Positions 1-14,356 of a stretch of 64,000 nt of DNA are shown here, one piece after another. The stretch lies in assembly GCA_003344405.1 (NCBI GenBank), contig NOWV01000026.1, positions 310,001-374,000 of the forward strand, read 5' to 3'. Origin of the DNA: Trichoplax sp. H2. Lineage: Eukaryota. The notes beneath the pieces were generated by a model. That model worked only from the letters and a program-made list of their open reading frames with translations, made no database searches and was not told where the DNA came from. The position numbers were made by a program, and so were the translations under genes. Every line of letters starts with the position of its first letter. Within the stretch, counting starts at the first letter, position 1.

Positions 1-77
1 AGAGTTGTTTATTCAAAAACGTTGATGCCGCCCAGCCGTGGTAATACATCAAAATTGTCATTTTAGAGATATTTTAA

Positions 78-3000
78 CTAATATTTCATAGTTTTTGCAT
101 ATTTGATCCAACTTTGCTATGGATTGACTTCAAATAGTCACTTTCACGCAACCAATTCAGTATTTCTACAATATAAAATAAAAGTATGTAACAGTCTAAC
201 AAGGTGACTTCCCTTCAAAACCAAGTGTTAATAACTGTGAATCACCTGTTAGGTTGCGCTGATTATCTTTAGGGACTTTAGCTCTAATTCTGGTCCATTT
301 AAAAGCCAAAGCCTCTGAAGTGCAAGACCTACATATGAATAACATAAAAGATTGAATTTAGTACTGCGTCGAATATGATAGAAAATACTCTATCATATAC
401 CAGTGCCAATTCTTCGCTATGGTAGCCCAGTCGATGTCATTCTCAGATGTACGGTTCAATTCCGAAATTCTAGAAGATATATTCAAGTACTGCAATCACA
501 TTCCAACAATTTTTGACTACACAATCTTTCCATAAGGGTTACATGTAAGAGCATAAAATGTTTATTGCTTGGAATTCAATCTATCTACGCTCATATACCT
601 AAATATTAGCTTAGCGGTATCGAAGTATCCCCATTTTCTTACTTTCCCATTATTATCGCAATTAGTTGCATTTTGGTTGCTGAACAGCCTTGATATCAAT
701 AAATGACAGGTTAATTTTTAAATCTCTAGTGACTTTCGTGGTAGTTTTAAACATACAAAAGTATTTATTGACGTTTAACAACATACCATCTAGATCTACA
801 CTGATTTGCATTACGTGTTCCCAAATCTTTCGCGACTTGAGACCAGGGGATGCGGCATGGTCCGGAATTATTTTCGGTATGTTTCAAGACGATAGATCGT
901 AGCTTATTGTCTTCATCTTTACTCCATTTACCTAATCGTTTTCATATCCATTATAAGATGGTTATTAGTTAGTTCATTTATTTTAATGAATTTTATGTTG
1001 AAATAATAAGCAATTGCTGATGAATTCCACAGAACCTGTATTGCATGCCATACTTTTCTGTTCCAAATATCTGATTTTGTGTTCTACCCAAATATTCGAT
1101 TGGCCGATAGCCTTAGCAATAGTTTTCCAGTCGTTACCATGAATGGCATATAAACTTGATTATAAAATTTAAAAACTAAGAGATCGCTACATGTGCAATT
1201 CATAATTCAGCTAGATACCTATGGCTTACCTATGTAATTGCACCATTTCTTCCGACGAAATCCTGTAATGCAAACATGAAACACTTGAAATAAGATCACT
1301 AAACTTTGTCGAACTTTAACCATGCTATACTGCGTACATAAATGTAGAAATGTATGTTATATAAAATTAGTCAGATTAACGTACGGTTTTCCATAAGATG
1401 GGTGATAAATTCTTAAAATGTGTCTGTATGCGGCATGCAATTCACGACAAATTCCCTGAGCTGTATAGAAATAAAAACAACTGGATGAGGATCAGTATAT
1501 TTTAACGAGTGAAATTTAACAGCAATATTGGATAGGCAATAGAAGCTATTGTAAGACATGAAAGATGGCAAGGTAATCTTGGTTAAGAATTTTCTAACAG
1601 AATTACCAAAATAGCGATACATTTCTGCTTTCGATGTCGGGGCGTCTTTCCTGTTACAAAATAGTAATTTCTCGCGATCTTGAATCCCATACTCCTGTAG
1701 TATACGTGTTATCGTATTTCAGTTCAGCAAGACGTAAAATAAGATTGTTCGTAATCCTTAGCAAATATGACCTTTCTAGCTGTGTTGATTACATAACTGT
1801 TTACTAAAATGAGCAGCCATTATGGTTTGGCTATATTTTAGGCATGGAAAAGGCTGAACATGTGCACGGATACAGACTTGAAGATTACACTATTTTTTCT
1901 TTTATTATTTTATCTATCATTAAGTATAGCATGAATTATAGAAACATAAGACCGGTTGCTTAGCTACCTTCATATAACGGTTAATATTTGCTTCGATTAA
2001 TTCGTTTTCCTCTCTAGTCCATTTGCCATTCATTACAGATATACCTGCAATAGACAATAACAACAATCAATCAGGCTGCTGTTGACCAAGAAAGTTGCGC
2101 TGTACTGTATAGAATAAACTCGAAGAATTCTTTTAAAGGCGAATGAATTATACCATATGCACCTATGTATATTAGAATATGAAATTGATACATAGCTACA
2201 AATTTGGATTAGTGGTGACGCTACTTTACCTTTCTCTTCTAAATCTTTCATTTTTTCCTTAGATATCCTCCACTCAGCATGTATAACATCGCTTGCGTCT
2301 ATATCAGATGGCGCATTGCTAGTCGTAGAACAGGACTTACTGAAATGATTGGAAGTCTTTAATCTTTTGCTACTGGGACTTTTAACACTATCTGATTGTC
2401 TATCGTTACTTTTTTCTGGATCAGTATTTGAGGTGTTGATTATCACCGACATATCAGTGGGTGCGTTGGTTTTATGATCTTTGTGTTTACGCTTCTTCTT
2501 TCGCTTCGCTCCGACTTCTACCTGAGGGAATTGAGATTTCTTGTGTTTGTTCTTCAATACATTTTGGATGAGGACCTGCTTTTCTTTAGGTATTGGATTT
2601 GCTGCATCATCATTGCTTTCTTTGCTATAGCCTTCTTCAACAATTTCTGTTTTGGAATATTTTTTACTGTGTTTCCTAATGTGCCGCCTTTCTTTATGTC
2701 CTTAAAATCATCAAATAGCATAGATAATTGTCATTCTTCAGCACTTGCTAGCACTAAACTTATTAACTAAATGATATAAAAGTTGTTAATCAACTATCTA
2801 AGATGGTAGGGTCTACCGAGTTTGTAAGTGCTATTATTGCAGTCCAAATTTATCTTTACACACTGCGATAACATACTGTACAGTATGACTGGAGGACAGC
2901 CATTTTTAATGAAGCTTTGCTGATATTGTATGTTGGATCATTTTAACTAAGATGCCGATGCAGATTAGCTCGAACGCTTGACATACGCGTGCATGCAGTA

Positions 3001-3569
3001 TTCGAGGGTACAATGAGGGTACTGTGCCATAAATGCACGTGCACCATAAAATTACTATTAATAAACTGTAAAATGTAATTACGCATTGGAAACCCAATAG
3101 CACGATAAACTGCAATATTGATCTGCGTAGGGAAATTACTGATATTGTTGCAAAGCGTCAATATCGAATTTAATTTGGACTTTTGTACACAGTAGCAAAA
3201 TTGCTAACAATGAATGAATTCATATTAATAATATATAATATAATATAATCAGTAATATAGGCAGATATGAGGTTACCATAAGCTTAGCTATCCAATTGTA
3301 GTGAAATAATTAAGGAGTTGTCATAAAAGGAGTCAACGATGAAATTGATTTGACCAAGTATGTATTACATTGCAACCAACGACAGACAGCCTTGTAAAAG
3401 GCCAGGCAGGGTAATGGAGCATATAATATGAAATTTTCTTACCGCTTCTCTTGTGCCTTTTCCTTTTCCTATCGACTACTTCATTTTGATTGCGTTTCCT
3501 ATCATCACCGTTATTAGTGCTTTCATTCAATTTTGCAATGTCGCTATTTTTCGTACTACCATTATCCAT
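78..3569 (-). CDS. TTF1: Myb/SANT-repeat protein of the TTF1/DMTF1/Reb1 family, probably RNA Pol I transcription termination factor 1; multi-exon
   Basis: ATG at 3569; exons include 3569-3443, 2700-2230 and 2044-1968; last exon ends in TAG at 80-78. Lys-rich low-complexity N-terminus (KRKKKRKHK). Myb-like segments GKWTREENELIEANINRYMK, HGNDWKTIAKAIGRS and GKWSKDEDNKL...IPWSQVAKDLGTRNANQCRSRW. C-terminal KWTRIRAKVP...EILNWL. TTF1 versus DMTF1 is not certain. Confidence 0.75.
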
Positions 3570-3799
3570 GACGCCACCAAAACTTGACCGGAGAATGCTA
3601 CGACCTGAGCTGGATCGGTCATAGAACGTAAAATGAGCAGGTGTGACTGCAAGTAAACTAACGCAGACGTTTTAACGTTACGGTATGAATTCCGGTACGT
3701 TATGAACTTATGATTGTAAATTAATTAATTAATAATTATTATTATTACTACTGTAGAAAAATGCAGTAACACAACCTTCCACGATGGAGCTTAGGATAT

Positions 3800-4880
3800 T
3801 GTACAGTAGTATATACTGTACAGTACAGTGTACACTTCGACGGTTCAGTACTGTACACTGTACACTATGTGCTTCTGGTCAAAATGACCAATTTTCTGCT
3901 ACTCTTAACAGTACGGTATAGTCCAGTACCAGATTGTTTTTATATTTCAACTGATACTGTTCACCCGTACCACTAAAGTATGACCTTAGTAGTACAGTAT
4001 ATTATTGTACGGTATTACAGTATGATTCAAGTGAACCATTGAAGGTCACATTTCCAGTTACTGTACAGTACTGTAGTCCAGTCATGGTCGCGGTCTTGTG
4101 ATATTTCAACTGATGCCGTCACCCGTACCACTAAAGTATGACCTTCGCAATACAGTACACAGTACTGTGCACTGTACTGTACTGCACGGTAAGATGATTC
4201 GAGTGAACCATTGAAGGTCACATTTCCACTTACAGTACAGTACAGTACAGTACTGTACTGTAGTCCTCTGTGCAGTACTGTACTGTACTGTACTGTACTG
4301 TACAGTACTGTACAGTAGTCCTCTGTACTGTACTGTACAAGATGGATGTCTGTACTGTACACTGTACTGTACAGTACAGTACAGTATTGTAATTTCGTAA
4401 CCACTGTCCTGCCCGGCGTCGCATTTCACTACAGGCTACTTGCATTCGAAATTCGCTACAGGACCTGCCGACTTACAAAACGGTCTTTTATACTGTACAG
4501 TATAACGTACCCTGCACGATACTTTACTGTACAGTGGACGCCAAACACGTACGGTATTTTGATGAGTTATTCGATGAGTCCAATAGCAACCTTGTACACT
4601 CCGTTGAAAACCTTTTCTTTTTAGTTTCCAAGTTTTGACCAACGATAGTAGCGTTCGGCTTTAGCGATGGATAAAGTAAGCAAATCGTTAAGTCGTGCAC
4701 TTGGCGGAGAATCTGCTTTTAAACGAGAGGGAAAAGCTGCTGCTAAGGAAGGTGCTGTCATGATAATGATAGTCGTACAGTATAGACACTTTATATTTAA
4801 TCAGCTTCAGTGATGAGGTTATAACTATTTTTTCCACCCGACTTACAGTACTTACTGTACGTACTGTACGGTAGTACACG
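3800..4880. repeat. CAGTA/TACTG pentamer low-complexity array at the divergent TTF1-like/TPC promoter
   Basis: Runs such as tacagtacagtacagtacagtactgtactg (4231-4260) and tactgtactgtactgtactg (4281-4300) occur in both orientations. Confidence 0.9.
3943..4243 (+). repeat. Imperfect tandem duplication, unit about 160-170 bp
   Basis: atatttcaactgat..tcacccgtaccactaaagtatgacctt at 3943 and 4101; atgattc(a/g)agtgaaccattgaaggtcacatttcca at 4022 and 4194. Confidence 0.9.
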
Positions 4881-7800
4881 CCACAAGAGGATACTGATTT
4901 TGGATTTTAAAACGCCAACTCTTGTAAAAATTTTCAGTGCTGTACATTACTTAAGTATGATAGCGTAATATCATTTTTTCTAATTTCTATAATTACTTTA
5001 TGAGTATACGTTAGGTCATTCCATTAATTAGGTTAACTATTCGTATTTTATCGCCAGTAATTATTGTGGCTATCAATGTCTACTAGCAGTTTAGCTTGCC
5101 TTCACAAATGATATTGGTATCTGCTAATGACACACTAAATAACTTCACAAACAATTAGTAATCATTCTTAACTGTAAAAGTTTATAGCTTCTGGCCAATC
5201 TTAATGTAACACCATCACTATACAATGGTATATCATAATTATTAATATATCTTATCGTATTTTCTAGGATTTTTATTTTTTTTTAACGAGGTTTTTGAAA
5301 TCAATCAAAGACCAAATGTATGTTGTATTCGACAATGTAATACTTTTTTAAATTACTTTTACGCATCTATTTTCAAAGCTCTACGCATGCATTTAATGCA
5401 TTTTAACATAGATAATTTCTTAGTGCCTTTTTTCGTTTTAAATTTTCGAGTGGTCTAAGCGAATCTTTAAAGTTACGAAATAATTTTCACTCGATTCGCT
5501 GCTTTTGTACGATATGTTATCATCTGATGGTACTTGCCGTATATGCTTGGTATTAAATTCGATTCGTGAATCGTCATTATATTCGCTTTGAAATCATTAC
5601 ATATCTGTAAAAGTAAAATTTAAATCTTATGACACATGGTAGACAGTGCAGCACAACTTTATACCCAGTACTTTGTACTCGTATAGATCTCAATGAAATA
5701 GCTCACACGACTACACTACCTTATAGCGCTCAACTATCGCTGGAAACGCTAGTCAGCTTATCCAGCACCACAGGTGTGGTGATGAGGAGTGCCCTCGTAA
5801 ATACATCTCGTACTTTGCGTTTCTATCTATGTGCGATGCTTTCGTTTGCCGATAGTATACGTATTTTGGAAGTTGATTAATGCAAAAGAATCATACTGTA
5901 CAATTATAAGGCTGATGAGATTAGCGGATGCATTCTGAATTAGTCAGTGAACTGTGCTACGCATACTGTAATTATAATTCTAGAATAGCTTGAACTTACA
6001 AAATTGTACAATTTTAATACTCTATTTACCTTGTTGACTAGCTAAAATGATGATATATCACTTACATAAAAATAGAGCAAGTTTCAGCAAATTATTGTCA
6101 TGTTTATATATGATTCTGCCACGGATCGAAATTTACTTTGTCTTCTAGTAGTCAACGGTAATTTTACAAAGCGCCACAGTCCGTTCAAGCCACAGAGTTG
6201 AAAATCGATGCGTACCGTGTACTGTTTAACCGTGGACATGATTCAATTGGACGTTTAATGTGTAGTAATTATGCACGTTAGTAACGGATCAATTCGATTA
6301 GACTATGTTACACATTGATATGAAAAAAATTACCTTAATTAGTAGTAGCAATGAGCAGCTATTGATTGCCCTTAATCGTGACGGTAATATTGTAAATTTT
6401 GTAACCAGGGAGGGATAACCAACGATGTTTAGCGACACGATAAACGTTACACGTATCCTAATAATAGGATTCCATGTTTATGGTATACCTACAATTTTAC
6501 GAAGTCGTTGTCTATTTTGTCTACCGCCTCAGTTGAGGGCATTTACGTATTCTTTTTATCACCACTCTCAATTAAACTGGTTATGGCTCTACAGTACATG
6601 TGATAGAAATAAATATCAAAGCTTCTCTAGCGATAAAGTGCTTATCGTGCATATAACTACAAAGCTGATATCTTGGTCATAACATTTTAATTTACTGGTT
6701 ATAGTAAATTTTTCAGATTTAAACTATTGCTACAAAAATTACTAGTCTGGTTAGTATCATTCGCGAAGCATTTATGAGAGAGATTATCTCAGACAGTCGA
6801 AATTTTAAGCTATCGGGCTAGGATTGGCTAAGTTTTGAATAGAATACTCGTAAGCTTAGTTGTATCGTATTAAGGTTGTTCACAATTACCAACGAGTATG
6901 TTACCAGGATCATTACAGCTGTTCTATTACGATTAGGAGATAGCTGCCGTTATATGATACAGTATATCAACTATTTCTAATTTTATATTTCCGTAAAGAT
7001 TTATATTATACTCTAGTAGTGTGTGTGTAGGATTAAACTTGAAGGTAGTTTGAAGTAATCAATGAAAACGCAATTTTTCTATCAGCATTGTTTATTCTGT
7101 TTAGTCGCTTAATCAGCTTTGCTATAAATCAGTTATTTTTTCATAAGTGACGCACTTGAACCAGTATTCAAAACTCGATTACGAGTATGTTATTTATTTA
7201 TTGTATCGTACCGATTTCTATGAATGGGTTGCATGATCTATAGTAATGTTTCTATAACTAACTCTTCTTTATGATAATAAATTAATAAGAGCCTATTGTT
7301 CTTACTGAAAAGAAATAAGTAAATTCGTTTGTACGCCGTACAATTGCATTGCATCGTTACACTATACTATACAATATACTATCCAAATGAATGTATGTCA
7401 ACGTTCTTATCTTGATAAATAAGCTGAACTCATTAAATTACATGTACAGTACAGTTGTTTGCGTTCATTTTTGTTTGGACGTCCCTTTATTATGATTTAA
7501 ATTTATGATCTGAACGTGGTGCTACATCCTGTAATCATACTGTAACCAACCTGAACAATGTGATCATTAATCTTATTTCCAAGTAACGCAATTCTAGTAA
7601 TCGTTTATACTCTATTTCATTACTATGTTATTCATTTAATCGTTACAGTTTTACACTATCATATCTACAGCAGTACACTGTGACTGTGGTGTATTCTTCA
7701 TGTCCAATATTTAGCTGTATCGTTTACATAACGACCTTTTATTTATTAATTAATTATTGTACAGTACATTGCTGTCGTTTCAAATAATTGACAGTGATAC

Positions 7801-10800
7801 GGTATTGATCACAAGTAATACTTGATTATGTAGATGTTGCTTATTTCTGTAATCACTTATATGACGAGACGATGTTCTGTAAACTAAAATATGACCGGAT
7901 TTGATCTCAATTTAATGATTACTTTTTAATGTTTATGATTACTTCGTAACATAATTAATAGATACAATTAACGAGGTAGTTTCTGTTATTTGAATTGTCG
8001 TTTCGATTATACAGCTACTATACCTTTTGGAGCTCTTGAGAACTTGATCTTGAGTACAAGCTGTTATTGATCTTATTTTTGATATTATTTTAATGTGCTG
8101 CAAAATAGTTTATCTTGAGTGATACAGTACAAGTAAACTTCTAATTTTAATATCTAGAATAACACTTACATGATTGTTACAGATAATAATATATCGTGTT
8201 AACTTGCCATTGCATTGTTATATAAAATCTTTCTCTCAATACGTAGTCATGTAAAATACTCACGTTATAATATTCCATACGTTCATATTACTATCTAAAC
8301 GATGATTATCTATTAAGAGTATTTATTTCATTTTCTCCAGAACGTGATCTTTTCTATACTCTTACGGATGAAGACTTTGAGGAGACCAACGATGATAACC
8401 TAAAGTGGCGTTACAAAGAAGCTGCAATCTACATTAACGAGGGGGCTTCCGGTGCAAATTTCGATCGTCATCCAGCTACTCCTAAGGCTATAAACGCTTA
8501 CATGTAATTATTACGTATTCTATTTATACATTTATGATATGAGTACTGAATCCAAGAAACTATTAATGAGTTAAATATCGTTCTTTCATAGTCTATGCAA
8601 ATTATTACATTGATACGATGCGCATATTTACTGATGGATTTGAATTTAAAATACCTTTCTTTACACACTTTTTTAAAATTTTAAACATTTAGAAAGCTTT
8701 AAATAGTTGTAGTAAATACTTTAAAAAAGACCTGTAATATTTGTATGCATATATTCTAATATTGCATGGGCAATTACTAATTATAATATAATTTAATAGG
8801 CTTGTCCATAATACATGGCTGCGACTGGCTGATTTACTTGTTTGCATAATCATACTAGTAATGGCATTCTTTGAAAGACCTTCTGGTAAATTGAAATTAT
8901 TACATCTAGATTATCAATTTTAACAATTTTAAAACAATAAAAAGTTAAAATCTAGTAACACAATCGCATTAAAACACCAAAGTATTATTATAACTGCTCG
9001 TTATCATTTTGTACATTCATTTGATTATGATACTTAAATTAGCTTAAATTATTAATTTTCTCTTTCAATATTCGTAGTAAATCCAGACTATAATAATAAC
9101 AGAACGAGAATTATTATAACAGCGAGTATTGAATTGGTCTGCTATATCTTTTTACTGATTGGGGGATGGATCAGATATCGATTGATAGGCTGGAAAGGAA
9201 TTTTCAAAGAAAAGAGGAGCATGATGGTTATAAATTGAAATTTTCTTAACTACATTTATAATCTCGAATATTGGTAAAGACTGCTTTCATTAAAAGTGCC
9301 TAATATGTTGTTGTTTATTTGTCTTTCTATTCTCCTATAGTACGTATTCATATTTTTATCACTGATTGATGCCATGCTCGTGCTTGTTCTGCCGTATCAG
9401 TTTTACCGATTCTCAAGACCATTTCGGCCAATCTATATTATTAATAATCATTACAGTTCTGGTACAAGAAGGTGCATATATCGCCATTTGTAATTTTTAT
9501 TTCTAAGTATTAAATATTAGTTAAATATATGGTAAATAAAAGTGCGTATCATATTCTTACTCTAATTTTCTTTTACTCGTAAATGAATAGGGTTATATTA
9601 GATATTTTAAGATCAGCTTCGGAAATTATTGATGTTTTCATGATGACCATTACTTTCATCTTTGTCTTTTCCTTGCTTGGTGAGAGAATTTTTATCATCC
9701 TTTATATTGTTAATAGTTATAATTATATATTCTTGACAGCAGTGATAATACCAGTTACAGTATTTAGTTTTAAAAATTATGTGTATTACTTAAATATAAT
9801 TCACTGAATTGTTTTTGTGATGTAGGATTTTACTTATTTTTTAATCCTCAACCGGGACAGTACGTTCAACTCGATCAAGACTGGTATTTTAGAGAGTTGG
9901 GCATAAGCTTTGTCAGTTTCTTCATCTGCTTGACTACAGCTAAGTATGACGAAATTAATGCGGTAAACTTTGATTATACTTCCGGTAACTGAAAATTTGG
10001 TTAAAAAATTTTCGTATTCGTTTTTCTACTTACCAGTTTTCCAGATGCTATGCTTCCGGCTTACAAAACAATAGGTCATTCAGCGACGATCTACTTCATA
10101 ATTTTCTGTCTTATTGGAATATACTTCTTGCAAAATTTGGTATGTATCGATGACTAATTTAAAATCAGCCATTAAGACCTAGTAAACCCAGTTGAAACTA
10201 CAGTATATAGAGCATTCTTACCGAATAGTAAAATGAACTTGTCTGCCGCGGAATTGATTATTTCGATTTTATCATTGCTATCATACAGTTTCTGGCTGCA
10301 ATCTATTCGTCATTCAATGAGAATTCTAAGTATCAGTTCAAGAAAATTCTTTTAGGTACAAGAAAAGGGTTACGCTTGGCATTTAATCTAATTGATTCCG
10401 ATCAAATTGGACGCATAAGTTTTAGAGACTTTAGAGGTTATTTCGCTTAAATTGGGATTATCGAGTTAATTACCCGATGCATTTTAACTAATTTTTATTA
10501 TAGTTAAACTTTTTTAAAAGTCCCATGTCCTTACAAACCTAGGTATTATGAAATACTATTCAAGCAGTACTCCCTTGCGAGATCTGGTCTTAATGTTTAA
10601 GATTATGGATGAGGTTTAATAAACTGAATAAAACTTGTTCTGTAAGGTATTACTCTGTATATGACTTAACTTTTACCGGTATATTTGATTATTATGATTT
10701 AAGGATGGGGAAGGCACAATAACTTTGGATGAATTTTATGAATTTCTAAGTGTATGTGCTATTACCTGGGACTCTGATGAAACTCATGATCAATTTTTTA

Positions 10801-13800
10801 TATTCGACTACGACTCATTACCTGAATGTTTAAAGCCTGTTGCTAAAGGTTCATTTATAAGTATTCGTTATCTATCTCGGCCCTATTACGAGTTACTTTA
10901 AGTAGTTAACGATTTATTACTTAGTTTTAATGCCTTCATATGCTTCTTGAATAGGGATGTACTGGTTTGTTACCTGGATTTATTTCCAATGGATTGTTAA
11001 CTTGGTAATTATTGCAAATACAATATGGTTGCTGGCTAAGGCCATTACGGCAGATCAAATGGTAGCAACTCAAGGTGGATTAAAAGCAAAGGAGTACCTA
11101 GAAGTATTACATGTTAGTAGCCAAATCTGAGCGTTAATAAATTGCTGATGCGTCACTAGCTTGTTATGCTGTAACTGTATAAGTTACATGAATTTGTAGC
11201 ATTATTGTAAAAGAAATGCTATAATGACACAGTTTAAAAATTGGCAGCAGTTATGCTAAATTCAAATGATACATATTTTACTAATTGGTTGTGAATTATA
11301 GCCTATAGATTATATATTTGTTGGCTTCTACGTTATCGAAATATTAACGCGAATGATTGGCATCGGTTGGAATAGATTTGTATCATCTATTTCGAATCTG
11401 TAAGTGATTATATAGTGTTTACATTGTTAAGACTCTTTTTCTATATTTTAATTCCTGCCTATGAATTAGGTGATTATGGCTCCGATCTCTCTACCCGAGC
11501 TGCAGTAGATATATTAGTTAGAAATGTATTATGCAGTCTAATGTCTATTTATCATTAATAGGATTGACATGTTAATAATTATTGCCGCCGTAGCTGGTGC
11601 TCTCCTTTCAACGGGTATCATAACAGTTTCACTAATGTTATTAATTATATATTAGCCTTGTAGACTCAAATTTAATGGCAATATTTCTGTTTAGGTCGAG
11701 TTGGAAATCCCCTATCCTACTTGGCTTTTTTAAGATTATTCTTAATCCTTCGCTTTATTGACATTCGTTTAAAATTAACTATCGCAATGGAAACTATTGG
11801 GATGTACGAAATAAAATCTATTATAATTGCGCTCTAGATAGAGCGATATAAATTTGAGGCTAGATTATTTGATTGTTTTAATGGCTTGTTTCGTTACATT
11901 CATCATAGGATCCTACCGAGAATGTTAAGCTTTGTTCTCGTTGTGACGTACATGTACTACTTTTTTGCTATCATTGGGATGGAGGCTTTCCCCTGTAAGT
12001 ATTTACACATATTCCCCTCCTATACTTTAGGTCTAACTTGATTCCTTATTTTAGACAAAAATTCGAAATGTGGCTGCACTATGGTTCATCATTATAGCAA
12101 TATTACTACTCATCCACTTAATAATAGCAAGATAATTGCGCCCTATGGGGATTATACTTATGGTTGCAGCGACGATCAATTTTATAATATCGCCGGTAAC
12201 ACGACTGTTTTATTCAGGAATGTTGTAAGTATTATGAAAGTCAAAATCATAATGAGTCGTAGATAAGGTTCCTTACTGAAAAGATTTAGCTGTATGTCAC
12301 TTAACTGACTTGATATAGAAACTAATTTCGATTGTGATTATAAAATTTTTATTTACATTTTATCAGAATAATACTTTGGAAGTTTGCGCTAAGAAAACTA
12401 CCGACCAATGCGTTAAAGATAATGGTCTGGATTGTGATTGTTCGATTAAATCCTGCGGTGGCCATTACAGTAGTAGTTATGATCGAACTAGTCCGGTACT
12501 AATTTCGATATCTAACTAAGGAAATATAACTTAGCACTTAGCATAGTTTTCATTAAATTGATGCGACCTATTCTGTTACTAGTATCTACATTATTATACA
12601 CTTATGATATCGAATTAATGTGTCTGGCTGACGTAAAGTAATCACTGGTGGGTTATTTTTATCTAGGATGGCCTATATTATCTTATGAATTTCGATAGCA
12701 TTCTAAACGCTTATACTACGCTGTTTGCTTTGATGGTTGTTAATAACTGGCAGATTATTATGTTTGGTATGTGTTTCATTTAAGATAATACATTACATCC
12801 GACTGTCAAATAAAATGCATTGATTATTAAATAAATATACGTATTCTTACATCATCTTTCACTATATAAATATGTCGTAACTATGTTAAATTGCTAATAT
12901 TTCCTGCAGGCACTATAGATGCTTCTGGAACCACGTGGAGTATTGCCTATTTTATCTTTTTCTACTTCATCGCTGTTGAAGTTATTGTAAAGTAACTACA
13001 ATATTATTATTTATGATAAACATCTAATACTTGTAGTCATTATTAAAGGTTTTGCAATGTGTGCATCCATCCTATAGCGTTGTTCAAGCCTTTATTTTGG
13101 ACGCCTTCAACAAGATGACTCCGCACGTTGAGGCACATCTTAAACTTCGAGATAAAGGAAAAAATTCCAGTCAGATAGACGTGATTCAAATTCCAATTTT
13201 AAAGTAATCATACTAGCATAGGGTTACGTTGGAGTAGCAAGATAAAGTTTATTTAATGACTTTATTACCGAATCATACACAGGAGTGAAAGAAAATCTAT
13301 CATTGAGGCACAGAATAGAAAATGGTATTCTATTTTATCAGCAGGTACAAATACGTATTTTTCGGTAGCTTAATTCATTCTTTAGCATTGACTGTCACAG
13401 GAGATACACGGTTGTCATTGCTATTGATAAATATATTATGCACTTTTTATTAATGTTTAGGATATATATATGGTGAAGATACGGAGGTCAGTTATAACGG
13501 CCGTCGATCACTTAATACGTTGGACATTTTTTTAATTGTATATGAGGAGGATTTAAATGCTTGGCTATCTGAGGAAGATGGACTTAAACTATGTAAATTT
13601 ATAGAATTTTCGCTACGTTTTTGTAACTGTAAATGACATCTTTATGTTTATATTTTAATTCCGATGCTAAGAATTATAGTTAAACTGATTAATTCGTACA
13701 GCATCATACTACGTACATACGGTACCGTTTTCTCTTTGTACGATACAATAATATAATTTTATACTCCTGTAAAATCTTTAATAGCTCGCAGTAATGAGCC

Positions 13801-14356
13801 AACGATTCAGTTCAGACCGGGTAAAGATCGAGAGGATGACTATTCTGGCAATGATATCGAATTGATACATGTAATGATTTATAGAATTGTAAAATAGATA
13901 CTTGAATTGATATCTTAATTGGAGCTCTGACACTATATTATTGAAACCAATCTTAAAGACTTCTCCAGTTACAAAAGATAGCGATAAATCTACGGAGATT
14001 GAGTCTCTTAAAGCCGAAATTAAACAACTACGGATAGAATTAGCATCAAGTAAAAGACCGTCATCAGATCGATCGAGAAGTCCAAATTCTACATTGCGTA
14101 GAAGTCAAATTGATATCGTGAGTGCAAATCCTGATAACGCTAGTAGGATGAGTGCAGAGGTACGAAATAGCTACAAGTATTTATTTAAGTTGTTTAAGTT
14201 ACAATTACTGTCTAAAATTATATGACATAGATATTTAGATGCCTAGCTAGTAATTCTAATTTTTTTCATTTTGCAATCTATGAATGCTAGTATGGCCCAC
14301 ATCCACCTCCTCGTCGAGCTAGCAAACAAGATAGCAAATTGCAGGATTTAGTTTAA
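4667..14356 (+). CDS. TPCN1: Two-pore channel, TPC1-like (2x6TM), about 25 exons
   Basis: Probable exon 1 is 4667-4751 (phase 1, joins exon 8341-8503). TPC1-type N-terminus [13 protein letters not shown]...HP. IS4 RFSRPFRPI; filter I LTTANFPD (exons 9826-9942 and 10037-10139); EF-hand linker; IIS4 LRLFLILRF; filter [11 protein letters not shown] (12667-12766); C-terminal YEEDLNAW and coiled coil; TAA at 14354-14356. Exon 1 and the donor near 11061-11112 are less certain. Confidence 0.9.

Noticed and set aside
4027..4642. Overlapping ORFs rich in YSTV/CTVL (also 38918-39136 and 59747-61031)
   Set aside because: They are translation products of the CAGTA pentamer repeat, with no splice structure or homology.
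12040..12054. TTCCTTAT near a TPC acceptor, resembling a U12 branch site
   Set aside because: The donor is U2-type GTAAGT, and I saw no RTATCCTT donor in this gene.
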